64,000 nucleotides of DNA from an uncultured archaeon. GTDB taxonomy: Archaea; Thermoproteota; Nitrososphaeria; JACIWG01. This document shows, one piece after another, positions 28,912-38,146 of the stretch. Within the stretch, counting starts at the first letter, position 1. Each line of letters opens with the position of its first letter. The position numbers were made by a program, and so were the translations under genes. The stretch lies in the NCBI GenBank assembly GCA_938034445.1, contig CALHLD010000026.1, forward strand, positions 562-64,561. Direction: 5' to 3'. The notes beneath the pieces are model-generated. The model saw only the letters and a list, made by a program, of their open reading frames with translations, did no database searches and was not told where the DNA came from.

Positions 28912-29604
28912 TTATTTTTGTTGGCAAAAATGTGGCTTCCTTAAATTTAGTTCCTCAAGAAGTCTCTCTTTTTCTTCTTTAGCCATTTTTGAATAGTATC
29001 TGTTTTTTGGATCATTTATACTTTCTATATATGCATTTATCACTTGACCTATGTGTTCATCATTGCTTTCATAGCCTATTCTAGGATAAATTTCATTCCA
29101 TTCATTACTTCCAAAAGGAATTATTTTGACAACCTTTCCTACAATATGGAGTTGCGGTATTATCTTTTCTTCTTGAGTGAATATATCTCTAACCTTTACT
29201 AGACTGTTTTCTAATAAAGCAATAATTCTAGCATGAACAACAATTGTTCTGTTATTTTCAGAATTTACTGCCAAATATTGAATTAGATCATTCACTTTTA
29301 ATCTTGAAGGAACAGAATAGACAATAATGTCACCTGGAAATGCAATGTCTTTTAACCACATGTCACATAATCCAAGGTGTCCACTATTTACAATATAATA
29401 GTCGCCTAAAGTGTTCAAAAAAATTTTGCAGGCTCTATATACCTCGTCAGGATTTTCTTTTGATAGCAAATGTAATACGTTAAGTATTGAAAACTCTAGA
29501 TTTTCTGATGAATTAATGATTTCCTTAACTATCTTAGGATAGTTATCAAAACGTGCGCGTATATTCTTAACATCACTATCTTTTTTAATCATCATAACAT
29601 ACAC
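28912..29604 (-). CDS. hypothetical protein (230 aa), no recognisable domain
   Basis: ORF with a clean intergenic gap to the wHTH gene and ending 66 nt from the tRNA-Cys 3' end. Coding-like composition. Confidence 0.45.
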   Translation of the reverse strand: MYVMMIKKDSDVKNIRARFDNYPKIVKEIINSSENLEFSILNVLHLLSKENPDEVYRACKIFLNTLGDYYIVNSGHLGLCDMWLKDIAFPGDIIVYSVPSRLKVNDLIQYLAVNSENNRTIVVHARIIALLENSLVKVRDIFTQEEKIIPQLHIVGKVVKIIPFGSNEWNEIYPRIGYESNDEHIGQVINAYIESINDPKNRYYSKMAKEEKERLLEELNLRKPHFCQQK

Positions 29605-29669
29605 ATTTCCTCGCCACTTTAAAAGGCTTTATATTTTATTAAATCACTTTAACTAAATTTTATTAATGA

Positions 29670-29740
29670 GGTGGGGAGGGGATTTGAACCCCTGTATATC
29701 CGCTCTGCAGGCGGACTCGTAGCCGCTCCGACACCCCACC
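29670..29740 (-). tRNA. tRNA-Cys (anticodon GCA), CCA not encoded
   Basis: The reverse complement folds as a cloverleaf. 7-bp acceptor stem GGUGGGG/CCCCACC. Anticodon stem UCCGC/GCGGA with loop CUGCAGA. 5-nt variable loop. T-arm AGGGG-UUCAAAU-CCCCU. Confidence 0.85.
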
Positions 29741-29786
29741 TTCAACAACTAGATTTAATTTCCAGAAATAAATATTTTTCTATTCC

Positions 29787-30041
29787 CTACTTAACTACTG
29801 TTTCCTTCTCCATCTGCTGCTGTTTAATTATTTCTGAAATTATAGCCTCTATATCATTTTCAACGGTGGGCTTTACTTTTTCAGAAACCTCTTTTGGTAT
29901 TTCATAAGATGTGGGTTTTATAAGTATTCCATCTCCAACATCCATTAAAATCACCAATTTATTTTCTGTAATATTATATTTTTCGATAAGTTCTTCAGGA
30001 ATCGTTATTTTCTTATCCTTGATTCTCGTATGTATTATCAT
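29787..30041 (-). CDS. AbrB/SpoVT-like small DNA-binding protein
   Basis: 84 aa. N-terminal KDKKITIPEELIEKYNITENKLVILMDVGDGILIKP has the AbrB/MazE-like swapped-hairpin pattern. Confidence 0.45.
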   Translation of the reverse strand: MIIHTRIKDKKITIPEELIEKYNITENKLVILMDVGDGILIKPTSYEIPKEVSEKVKPTVENDIEAIISEIIKQQQMEKETVVK

Positions 30042-30143
30042 GTCACCAAACCATTTTGTTACATGTTTATATTCTTTATCATCATTTGAAGCATCAACCT
30101 GCTGGAAAATTTTTATACTTGTCTAAGAATATAGCAAATCATA

Positions 30144-32012
30144 GTGTATAAAGAGATTTTTCCATATCAATTTAGAGAATATCAGAAAGAGTTTCTAGAC
30201 TTCATTATGTATAATGTTAGTGCTAAAAATTTAGTTTTAAATGCTGTTACCGGTTTCGGTAAAACACCACTTATTTTATCTGCATTGCTTCCAAAAGCTT
30301 TTCAAGAAGGTCGTAAAATTGTTTGGGTGGTGAGAACAGGAAACGAAATAGATCGGCCTATTGAAGAGCTGAAGAATATAGTGGAAAAGGGTGGTTTTAA
30401 AATTTTCGGCTTCTCTTTCCGTGGAAAACGTGATATGTGTTTACTTATTAGGGATATGAAAATTAAGGGGAAGATTGATTATGAAGATGCTAAATATATT
30501 TGTGATTTGCATAAGGATAGCTGCATATATTATCAGAATCTTCCAGAAAGGGTGTTCTATAAATTTAGAGACCCCCTACTATATTCTCAGATTCTTTCAG
30601 AATGTAAGCGATTGAATGTTTGTCCCTACTATTTTCAGTTAAAGCTTTTACCTGACGCGACTGTTGTGTCTATGAGCTATAACTACATACTTAATGAGAA
30701 TATAAGGTGGGTTGTAAACTATGGTTTAAAATTAAAAAACGCTTTTCTTGTAGTCGATGAAGCGCATAATCTTCAAAATGCCTGCATGAATCTAAACTCT
30801 GACTCTATTACAGAGACAAGCATCTTGAAGGCGATAAGGGAGGCTAAAAACTTTTATCCCAAAGGTGAAGATATTATTTACTTTCTAAAAAATTTTCTTA
30901 CATTTTTAAGAAACGAATGCAAAGATATTAAAGAAGACAAGGAATTTGACTTTAAAAGTTTCATACAAAAGTTTGGTCAAAGAGAGTTTGTTAATATCAT
31001 AAAACGGTTACACAGACTAGGCCTAATGGTGAGGATTGAAAAGTTTAGAAAAAATATGGCACCTAGGTCAAGCTTATATCATTTAAGTACATTCTTTGAG
31101 AATTCGATAAAAAATTTGGATGTTGAGGGTATTGCTTTCATATTAAGTAAGGACAAGAAGGATAAGATTAAGCTTGAAATGTTCGACATGAGGGTAAGCG
31201 AAATTCTTTCAAACATATGGCGTCTTTCCTATAGATGTGTTTTCTGTTCGGGAACTTTAAATCCTGTAGACGAGTTCGCTAAAGTTATAGGCTTAGAAAA
31301 CTATGTTGGAAAATCTTTTCCATCGATATTTGATGAAAAAAATGTGCACACAATTATAACATCATATCTTACCACAAAAGGTGAGGAACTTGAAAAGGAA
31401 ATGGCAAAATTGTTCGTAAATTCCATCAACACATTCATTAAGGCTATTAAAGAAAATGTAGCAATATATGCTGCAAGCTACAGAATTTTAGAAAATCTTT
31501 TAGATTCTGGTCTAGAAAAGGTTGTGGTTGAAAATGGAAGAAGGTTTTTCCTCGAAGAAGAGGGAATGAGTGGTAAAAAGGGTAGGGAAATTTTAGATAG
31601 CTTTAAAGATTGTGCAAAATCAGATCAAAAAGGAGTTTTATGTGCTACAATGTTCGGACGTTTTTCTGAAGGTGTAGACTTTCCAGGAAAGGAGCTTGAA
31701 GGAATATTCCTTGTTGGGATACCCTTCGAAAGATTAACTGTTAAAACAAAATTGTACATTAAATATTTCCAGAAACTTTATGGTGAAAGAGACGGCAAAT
31801 ATTATGCGTACATTCTTCCAGCTTTAAAAAGAGCTTCACAAGCTTTAGGTCGTGCCCTAAGGTCTAAAGAAGATAAGGCTGTTTTTGTGCTTGGAGATAG
31901 AAGATATAGAAGGTATCTTAATCTACTCCCTGACTTTATTTCAAAAAGTTATAGTACTGCTAGAAACTTAGATGAACTTTCTAAAGAATCCCTAAAATAT
32001 TATCTACTTTAA
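30144..32012 (+). CDS. xpd: XPD/Rad3-family Fe-S DNA helicase
   Basis: 622 aa. FPYQFREYQKEF. Walker A AVTGFGKT. Four-Cys Fe-S domain (RDMC..IC..SCIYY..VCPYY). DEAH box VVDEAHNL. C-terminal helicase motifs. Confidence 0.8.
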   Translation: MYKEIFPYQFREYQKEFLDFIMYNVSAKNLVLNAVTGFGKTPLILSALLPKAFQEGRKIVWVVRTGNEIDRPIEELKNIVEKGGFKIFGFSFRGKRDMCLLIRDMKIKGKIDYEDAKYICDLHKDSCIYYQNLPERVFYKFRDPLLYSQILSECKRLNVCPYYFQLKLLPDATVVSMSYNYILNENIRWVVNYGLKLKNAFLVVDEAHNLQNACMNLNSDSITETSILKAIREAKNFYPKGEDIIYFLKNFLTFLRNECKDIKEDKEFDFKSFIQKFGQREFVNIIKRLHRLGLMVRIEKFRKNMAPRSSLYHLSTFFENSIKNLDVEGIAFILSKDKKDKIKLEMFDMRVSEILSNIWRLSYRCVFCSGTLNPVDEFAKVIGLENYVGKSFPSIFDEKNVHTIITSYLTTKGEELEKEMAKLFVNSINTFIKAIKENVAIYAASYRILENLLDSGLEKVVVENGRRFFLEEEGMSGKKGREILDSFKDCAKSDQKGVLCATMFGRFSEGVDFPGKELEGIFLVGIPFERLTVKTKLYIKYFQKLYGERDGKYYAYILPALKRASQALGRALRSKEDKAVFVLGDRRYRRYLNLLPDFISKSYSTARNLDELSKESLKYYLL

Positions 32013-32025
32013 AAAAATTATCGAT

Positions 32026-32403
32026 TTAAAGCTTAATCACCTTTGTTAGGGTGCCTCTCTCAATTTCCCTAACCTTCACTCTAGCTGGCTTTAAAATAAG
32101 TTTAATCAACTCTAATGCAACATGAGGCTTTGATTTTTCCCCGCATGTAAAAATGTCAACACTAGCAAAACCATATTCTGGCCATGTGTGAATAGATATA
32201 TGTGATTCTTCAAGAGCAATTATACCCGTAACTCCGTAGGGGGTAAACTTCTTAAAAACTTCCCCAATTGCTTTCATATTAGCGTTTACAACAGCATCTC
32301 TTAAAACTCTTCTAATTAGCTTTACATTGTCCAATAAACTTGGTTCACAGCCGTAAAAGTCGGCTATTATGTGATAACCGAGTCCTTCTGTCATAAAGTT
32401 CAC
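32026..32403 (-). CDS. speH: S-adenosylmethionine decarboxylase-type pyruvoyl proenzyme (SpeH; could be the arginine-decarboxylase paralog)
   Basis: 125 aa. GYHIIADFYGC, ALEESHISIHTWPE (self-cleavage Ser) and VDIFTCG are the AdoMetDC class 1 motifs. Confidence 0.8.
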   Translation of the reverse strand: MNFMTEGLGYHIIADFYGCEPSLLDNVKLIRRVLRDAVVNANMKAIGEVFKKFTPYGVTGIIALEESHISIHTWPEYGFASVDIFTCGEKSKPHVALELIKLILKPARVKVREIERGTLTKVIKL

Positions 32404-32779
32404 CCAATAGACCTTATATTTTATTTAATTTAAATTTTTTGCCATATTTTGGTTTTATACTTCAAAAACTAATTATAATAAGGATTATATCATTTTTTCT
32501 TAACTAATATTAAATTAGGCAATTTATTACAATTAAATAATATTTTTATCGTTATAATATGATATTTTATGAAAATAATCTCAAATATAGCCTTTAAAAT
32601 GTTTTTAAACCTATTTTTTGAGTAATAATCTAAAAATGGTCGTAAAATTGTGTAATTAATTCGATTTTAAATTTTTGTGCTTAAATTGATTTTGGTAACA
32701 AAATTTTTATCAAATTTATTAAATTATAATACATGAATAAAATTTAAATACGCTAAATTGAACGTTATTAAAGATTAAA

Positions 32780-33319
32780 ATGGAGTTTGAAATTGTTATA
32801 AAAAATAGACGAAGTGTTCGTTTGTTCGAAGAAAGAGAAATTTCTGATGAAGTTTTATTAAAAATGGTGGAACATGCATCCCTTGCTCCTTCACCTGGAA
32901 ACCTTCAACCTTGGGAATTCATTATAGTTAAGAATAGAGATCTGATTGAAAAAATAGTTTCAACAACCTACTCGGGAAATGTAAAAACTTCGTCCCCTCA
33001 AACATGGATAAAGTCCGCATCGGCAGTGATAGTGGTTTGTTACATTCCTCGTCCAGTTTCCGCAAGATATGGTGATGAAGGTCGTGTTCCAGGTTTACTT
33101 GGCCTAGGCGCAGCAATAGAAAATCTACTCTTGTCAGCGGTTAACATGGGTCTTGGCGCATGTTGGGTGTCAGGTTTTAGGTCTGATGAACTATCAAAGG
33201 TTTTAGGTCTTCCTAAAGGAAGCGAACCCATATCAATAATTCCAGTCGGGTACCCTAAAGAAATTCCAGAAGCTCCGCCAAAACTTCCGGTAGACCAAAT
33301 CACCACTTTTATTAAGTAA
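32780..33319 (+). CDS. nitroreductase-family protein
   Basis: 179 aa. RRSVRLFEEREISDE...LAPSPGNLQPWEFIIVKN. Confidence 0.8.
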   Translation: MEFEIVIKNRRSVRLFEEREISDEVLLKMVEHASLAPSPGNLQPWEFIIVKNRDLIEKIVSTTYSGNVKTSSPQTWIKSASAVIVVCYIPRPVSARYGDEGRVPGLLGLGAAIENLLLSAVNMGLGACWVSGFRSDELSKVLGLPKGSEPISIIPVGYPKEIPEAPPKLPVDQITTFIK

Positions 33320-33328
33320 AAAAATATT

Positions 33329-34501
33329 TTAATATGATAAAATCTTTTTCATATATTGAGAGTATTCCATGAACCTTCTGTAAGAAAATTCAACGTGGAC
33401 TAAATGGTCTGATCCAGGAATATAGCCTCCCATTTCTCTTAAGATTGGCACTTTTGAATCAACTTCTTTACGCATCCTTTCTCCTCCTAGAGAAATTTCT
33501 CTTTTATCTAAGTTGCCTATTAGAAAAAGTTTATCGCCATATTTCTTTTTCACAGTTATCGCGTCCATTCCCGCATTTACTTCAAGAGGCCATAAACCAG
33601 TTATTCCTGCATCAATAATAAGGTCTAGAAGAGGATAGAGATTGCCGTCACTGTCCATTAAAATTCTATGAATCTTATTCTTGTTCAAAAAGCCTATGAC
33701 ATTTTTATAATGTGGAAGTAAAAACTCTCTATAAAGTTTTGGGGAAATGCACGGGCCATTTTTTTCAGCTAAATCTTCCCACCAAAAAACTAAATCAATT
33801 CTATCCTTCAAGGTTTCAACTGAATTCCTAATCGCTTCAACAGTAAAATATTCCCAATGTTTCAGCATGTCTTCAATAAGTTCTGGATCTTTATAAAATG
33901 TGGTTAAAAATGTTGGAATACCCATTAGTTCCGCTCCAAACCCATAAAAACCGTTCAAGCATATTGCTGTGGGACCATCTTGATGTTCCTCAAAAGCTCT
34001 AATATATGCTTCACTATTCCAGTCCTTTGGCTGTCTACAAGGATCATGGGGATTCAAACGCATTTTATATTCCTCCCAACTCTTTCTATCTTTCACAGGA
34101 AATTCTAGAAACATAGGCATACTGTACCATATATGCTCTGCCTCCCTAAACCTTCTCGCAACAGCACCCGTCTGTGTTAAAACATCGATATACCTTTCAT
34201 CTTCTCTTAAAATTCTTTGCCTATATCTTGGGAGAGGTCCAAGATCTAATGGAACTGTTAGACTTAGAAAATTATAGCATCCAAAATACTTGTATGGATT
34301 AAAGCCTTTAATAATTGGCCAGTTTAACAATGAAACACCGCCAACTCTAACCTCCCAATCTATAACCAATACTTTGTCAGCTGGAAGCCCCTCATTTAAC
34401 CATTTAACTAGAGTTTCATCATAGAACCTTTCACACCATGGTAATATATCAGGCTTCTTAAAATTCATTACAGCTTTTATTCTCTCTCTTGGCGTCATCA
34501 T
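33329..34501 (-). CDS. uroporphyrinogen-decarboxylase (URO-D) family protein (MtaA/CmuA-like methyltransferase fold)
   Basis: 390 aa. N-terminal TPRERIKAVMNFKKPD and the overall length fit the URO-D family. Function not assignable. Confidence 0.55.
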   Translation of the reverse strand: MMTPRERIKAVMNFKKPDILPWCERFYDETLVKWLNEGLPADKVLVIDWEVRVGGVSLLNWPIIKGFNPYKYFGCYNFLSLTVPLDLGPLPRYRQRILREDERYIDVLTQTGAVARRFREAEHIWYSMPMFLEFPVKDRKSWEEYKMRLNPHDPCRQPKDWNSEAYIRAFEEHQDGPTAICLNGFYGFGAELMGIPTFLTTFYKDPELIEDMLKHWEYFTVEAIRNSVETLKDRIDLVFWWEDLAEKNGPCISPKLYREFLLPHYKNVIGFLNKNKIHRILMDSDGNLYPLLDLIIDAGITGLWPLEVNAGMDAITVKKKYGDKLFLIGNLDKREISLGGERMRKEVDSKVPILREMGGYIPGSDHLVHVEFSYRRFMEYSQYMKKILSY

Positions 34502-34611
34502 AGGAAAGCATATTAATTTTGTATTATTTAAATAATTCTACATTTGTAAAAATATGCCAAAATTAAGTAAAATTTATATAATATATAAAATTTTGTAACA
34601 TGGGATAAAAT

Positions 34612-35130
34612 ATGAGTTTGAATGGAAAGAGGATTGCAATTCTTGCTGGCCCAGACTACGAGGATCTTGAATTACACTATCCACATCTGAGGCTAATTGA
34701 AGAAGGGGCTGAGGTGAAAGTTATTGCAATGGAAAAGCAGACTGTAGTAGGAAAGCATGGCCTATCGATAATGCCTGATTTGACTTTTGCAGAAGCAAAC
34801 CCTGAAAATTTTGACTGTGTAATAGTTCCGGGAGGTTGGGCTCCAGATAGACTGAGAAGATATCCTGAAGTATTAGACTTTGTAAGAAAAATGTTTGAAT
34901 TAAAGAAAATTGTGGCAGCAATATGCCATGGACCACACGTGCTTATTTCAGCAAACATATTAAAGGGTAAAACTGTGACCTGTTTTTCAGCAATAAAGGA
35001 TGATGTAATAAATGCTGGCGCAAATTATGTGGACAAACCGGTTGTAAGGCACGAGAACATAATAACATCAAGGATTCCAGCTGACCTGCCATACTTTTGC
35101 CAAGAAATAATAAAAGCTCTTAAAGAGTAG
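34612..35130 (+). CDS. pfpI: DJ-1/PfpI-family intracellular protease
   Basis: 172 aa. Nucleophile elbow AAICHGPHVL. KRIAILAGPDYEDLEL. Confidence 0.85.
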   Translation: MSLNGKRIAILAGPDYEDLELHYPHLRLIEEGAEVKVIAMEKQTVVGKHGLSIMPDLTFAEANPENFDCVIVPGGWAPDRLRRYPEVLDFVRKMFELKKIVAAICHGPHVLISANILKGKTVTCFSAIKDDVINAGANYVDKPVVRHENIITSRIPADLPYFCQEIIKALKE

Positions 35131-35174
35131 CCAAACTTTATAAGCACATCTAAAATCTCTTTTTTGAGAAGGGT

Positions 35175-35573
35175 TTGAAATACTATATTGGGCCAATTGT
35201 AGCATTAATTTTATCGTTTCCACTTTTAGTCCCAACCTTTTTTATTTACCCAAATCTTCTAAATTCAATCTATGTTTTTGCAATAATGTGCCTAATTTTT
35301 TTAACAACTGGCATACTCTATGATCTTTCACTGATATTGTTTAAGAAAAAATTGGTTGCCTTCAAAAAATTTGCATTGTATTCAGGGTTTTTCTGGCTAA
35401 TTTCATTAGTGCCAATAAAGTTTATCCACAATAACCTATTATCACTTTTACTCTCATATTCATGTATTGATGTTACAATAACATACTTAGCAGTATACGC
35501 TTTATCAGGATTTATTTTCGGTATAATGTTTTCAATAGTCTACAGGTATATTGTAGCATTTGCATACGCTTAA
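35175..35573 (+). CDS. small integral membrane protein (4 TM)
   Basis: 132 aa, highly hydrophobic. No motifs. Confidence 0.4.
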   Translation: MKYYIGPIVALILSFPLLVPTFFIYPNLLNSIYVFAIMCLIFLTTGILYDLSLILFKKKLVAFKKFALYSGFFWLISLVPIKFIHNNLLSLLLSYSCIDVTITYLAVYALSGFIFGIMFSIVYRYIVAFAYA

Positions 35574-35579
35574 ATCATT

Positions 35580-35850
35580 TTATGGTTTCACGATAGCTTT
35601 AAGAGCTAACCCATTTATCGCAACCTCAAAGGCTTTGTGTATTTCCTCTAACTTAAAAGTATGGGTTATTATTTTAGACGTTGGAATTAGTTTTTTGGAA
35701 AGAATTCTGAGTGCCACATCAAATGTGTTTGCATATCTCATTAAACCTTTAACATCCAACTCTTTTACGACAACATTCAAAAGTCTAGAAGGTATGTCCT
35801 CATTTGGAAGATTTCCAATTAACACAATACATCCACCTTTACGTACACAT
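35580..35850 (-). pseudogene. C-terminal fragment of a zinc-type (MDR) alcohol dehydrogenase, truncated by the adjacent IS
   Basis: GGCIVLIGNLPNEDIPSRLLNVVVKELDVKGLMRYANTFDVALRILSKKLIPTSKIITHTFKLEEIHKAFEVAINGLALKAIVKP is an MDR C-terminal Rossmann tail. ADH-like sequence stops about 35845, upstream sequence is IS-derived, and no N-terminal half is found beyond the IS. Confidence 0.55.
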
Positions 35851-35899
35851 TTTAAATCCGTAGTTAACAGTTTCAAAATAGATATGTTTAAATATAAAA

Positions 35900-36097
35900 T
35901 TGTTAATTGCATTAAATGTGGAAACAAAAGAAAAACTGTTAACAACAAGCGAGTTTGCAAAAACCTTTAACGTTACAAGACATGCTGTAGCTAAATGGAT
36001 TAGAGAAGGAAGAATTAACGCAATTAAACTACCCGGTGGAAGATACAGGATACCCGAATCTGAGGTTGAGAAGTTATGGAAGTCGTTAAAGCGGTAG
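35900..36097 (+). CDS. excisionase/MerR-like HTH protein of the IS (possibly the frameshifted N-terminal HTH of TnpB)
   Basis: 65 aa. TSEFAKTFNVTRHAVAKWIREGRINAIKLPGGRYRIPESEV is HTH_17-like. Overlaps the tnpB start by 22 nt in another frame. Confidence 0.5.
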   Translation: MLIALNVETKEKLLTTSEFAKTFNVTRHAVAKWIREGRINAIKLPGGRYRIPESEVEKLWKSLKR

Positions 36098-37257
36098 TTT
36101 TCAAGCACGACGCCGATGTTAAGCCGTTGCTTGAAGCATTCAACCAGATGGTCAATGAATGCATGGAATATGCTTTGAGATACGGAGTCAACTCGCCGAT
36201 GAAGCTTGAGAAGGCATTGTACGATGAATTTAAACAGAAGTATGGGTTGGCAACACATTACTGCATATCGGCCTGTAGAGTAGCTTGTTCCGCTTTAAAG
36301 TCTTGGAGAAGGCTTGTGAAGAAGGGTAGAGCTGACAAAAATAAGCCTCCAGTCTTCAAGACATTAGCGATGAGGCTTCAGAAGGGGCTTATGAGGTTTA
36401 AAGAGGATAAAATAGTTGTAACGGTAAAACCACGTCAATGGGTTGAAATCCCCCTGATAATCGGCTCGTACCAGGCTCAATTCGTTGAGGCTTGGAGAAA
36501 GGGGGAGCTTAAACTTGGTGAAATAACGCTTTTAGAGGATAAAGCAATAGCGACTTTCAAGAAAGAGGTTCAAGAGGTTGCTCCTAAAGGCTATGCTTCA
36601 ATAGACGTCAACCTGATGAGCCTAGATGTTTTAAAGACAAACGGTGAATCGTTAGCATACAAGAAAACAGATTTGAAGAAGCTCTACGGAATAAGAGTCC
36701 ACTACTTCAAGAAGCGTAGGAAAATTCAGAGATTATCAAAATATAAGCCGAAGACCTCTAAACGCCTCATGGAAAAATACTCTAAACGCGAAAAGAGGAG
36801 GATAGACGACATCCTTCATAAGATTACGGCAAATATTGTTAGAGAACTTGTTAAGGAAGGTATTTCACCAGTCTTTGAAAAGCTTAAAGGATTGAATTAC
36901 AACGCTACGAGGAATCACCATGCGAAGCGTAAAAATCGCAAAGTTTCATCGTTGCCATATTGGAAAATTCAAAGATTCATAGAGTATAAGATGGCCTGGC
37001 ACGGCTATAAAACTCATTATGTTAACGCAAAAAACACAAGCAAGACTTGCCCAAGATGCGGGAGTCTGTCCCAAGCCAAGGGGCAAGTCTACGAATGTAA
37101 ACATTGCGGGTATGAAGCTGACAGGCACTTTATCGCATGCGTGAACATACTCAATATGTGGGGAACTGGGTTCTCCCCGAAAGCCCTCAATGAGCTAATC
37201 GAGAGGGAAGAGTTAGGTGGGAATGAAAGTAACAGATTACTACATATTCCTACTTAA
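36076..37257 (+). CDS. tnpB: TnpB (IS605 OrfB) RuvC-like RNA-guided-endonuclease-family transposon protein
   Basis: 393 aa. OrfB_IS605 core. RuvC-like region. C-terminal zinc ribbon CPRCG...CKHCG. Confidence 0.85.
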   Translation: MEVVKAVVFKHDADVKPLLEAFNQMVNECMEYALRYGVNSPMKLEKALYDEFKQKYGLATHYCISACRVACSALKSWRRLVKKGRADKNKPPVFKTLAMRLQKGLMRFKEDKIVVTVKPRQWVEIPLIIGSYQAQFVEAWRKGELKLGEITLLEDKAIATFKKEVQEVAPKGYASIDVNLMSLDVLKTNGESLAYKKTDLKKLYGIRVHYFKKRRKIQRLSKYKPKTSKRLMEKYSKREKRRIDDILHKITANIVRELVKEGISPVFEKLKGLNYNATRNHHAKRKNRKVSSLPYWKIQRFIEYKMAWHGYKTHYVNAKNTSKTCPRCGSLSQAKGQVYECKHCGYEADRHFIACVNILNMWGTGFSPKALNELIEREELGGNESNRLLHIPT

Positions 37258-37532
37258 CTCAGAACCCATCTCCAATTTTAGGTTTTTCTACTTCTTCGAT
37301 TCTCAAATCTTTTGGCCCATATAAAAGTGCACCTTTCAAGCAATTACACCATACTGAATATTGAAGGGAGTCTGCTTTTAAATTTTTTAACCTTATTTAT
37401 TGTTAAACTTTAATCGTTTCAAACAAGTAGTAAAGTGAATAAGTTACCGTTTTTGAGTAGTGACTTTTATGTATTCTTTATGCAAAGATACTTTTATATA
37501 CTTATATTGTTATATTATTATATGGTGGTGTA

Positions 37533-37775
37533 ATGAAGAAGTATGTGACTATTTCTGTTCCAGCAGAAGTTAAAAAAATTTTAGAGGAGGCTAAGGGTGA
37601 AGAGGAATGGGGTGACTTTCTTCTTAAGCTATATATGGAGATTAAAAGATTGAAAAGTTTGGAGGCATTCAAAAATTTGAAAGAAACATTATCTGAAGAA
37701 GATTTAAGGTCAATTATGATGTCCAGTAAAGAATTTAGAAGTGAGTTCAGTTTCAGGTCAACTAATTCTGAGTAA
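37533..37775 (+). CDS. vapB: VapB-type antitoxin
   Basis: 80 aa, small and charged. KYVTISVPAEVKKILEE N-terminal DNA-binding-like motif. Immediately precedes and overlaps a PIN gene. Confidence 0.5.
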   Translation: MKKYVTISVPAEVKKILEEAKGEEEWGDFLLKLYMEIKRLKSLEAFKNLKETLSEEDLRSIMMSSKEFRSEFSFRSTNSE

Positions 37776-37791
37776 AAGGCTGGTGATCTTA

Positions 37792-38139
37792 ATGAAGTTG
37801 TTTGATACAGAAGCTACTATCAATATGATAAGATCTAATAAGTACGAGCATGGTAGCGTATCAATTATAACGTTAATTGAATTTTTGAGGGGCATAAAGG
37901 ATGAAAAAAGGGATATAATTAAGAAACTTCTAGAAGCAAGTTTTGATATAATATGGATCGATAATGATATAATTAAACTGTACTGTAAAATTTATCAGGA
38001 ACTTAAAAAGAGGGGTGAACTTGTTCCTGATGCTGACCTACTTATAGCGGCGACTGCAATTTCAAAAAAGTTTGATTTAGTTTCAAACGATATACATTTT
38101 GAGAAGCTCATACCATTTGGGTTAAAGTTAATAAAATAG
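37792..38139 (+). CDS. vapC: PIN-domain ribonuclease VapC
   Basis: The ORF is callable from 37741, but MKLFDTEA at 37792 is the probable start. Acidic PIN residues are present (D in FDTE, E in LIEF, D..D in PDADLLIAATA, D in SND). Confidence 0.7.
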   Translation: MKLFDTEATINMIRSNKYEHGSVSIITLIEFLRGIKDEKRDIIKKLLEASFDIIWIDNDIIKLYCKIYQELKKRGELVPDADLLIAATAISKKFDLVSNDIHFEKLIPFGLKLIK

Positions 38140-38146
38140 TTTCATT

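Larger units (their letters stand above)
35860..37400 (+). mobile_element. IS200/IS605-family insertion sequence of the tnpB-only (IS1341-like) type; ends approximate
   Basis: Small HTH ORF plus TnpB, flanked by a truncated host gene on the left and a non-coding tail on the right. The right tail is where the TnpB-associated right-end (omega) RNA would lie. I could not map exact termini. Confidence 0.55.

Noticed and set aside
29671-29907. 78-aa plus-strand ORF starting MGRGFEPLYIRSAGGLVAAPTPHLQQ
   Set aside because: It is the antisense reading of the tRNA-Cys gene (29670-29740) and its flank. Not a protein gene.
35900-36097. Calling the small HTH ORF an IS200-type TnpA transposase
   Set aside because: It lacks the HUH/Y1 motifs and is an excisionase-type HTH. 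The element is best described as a tnpB-only (IS1341-like) IS.
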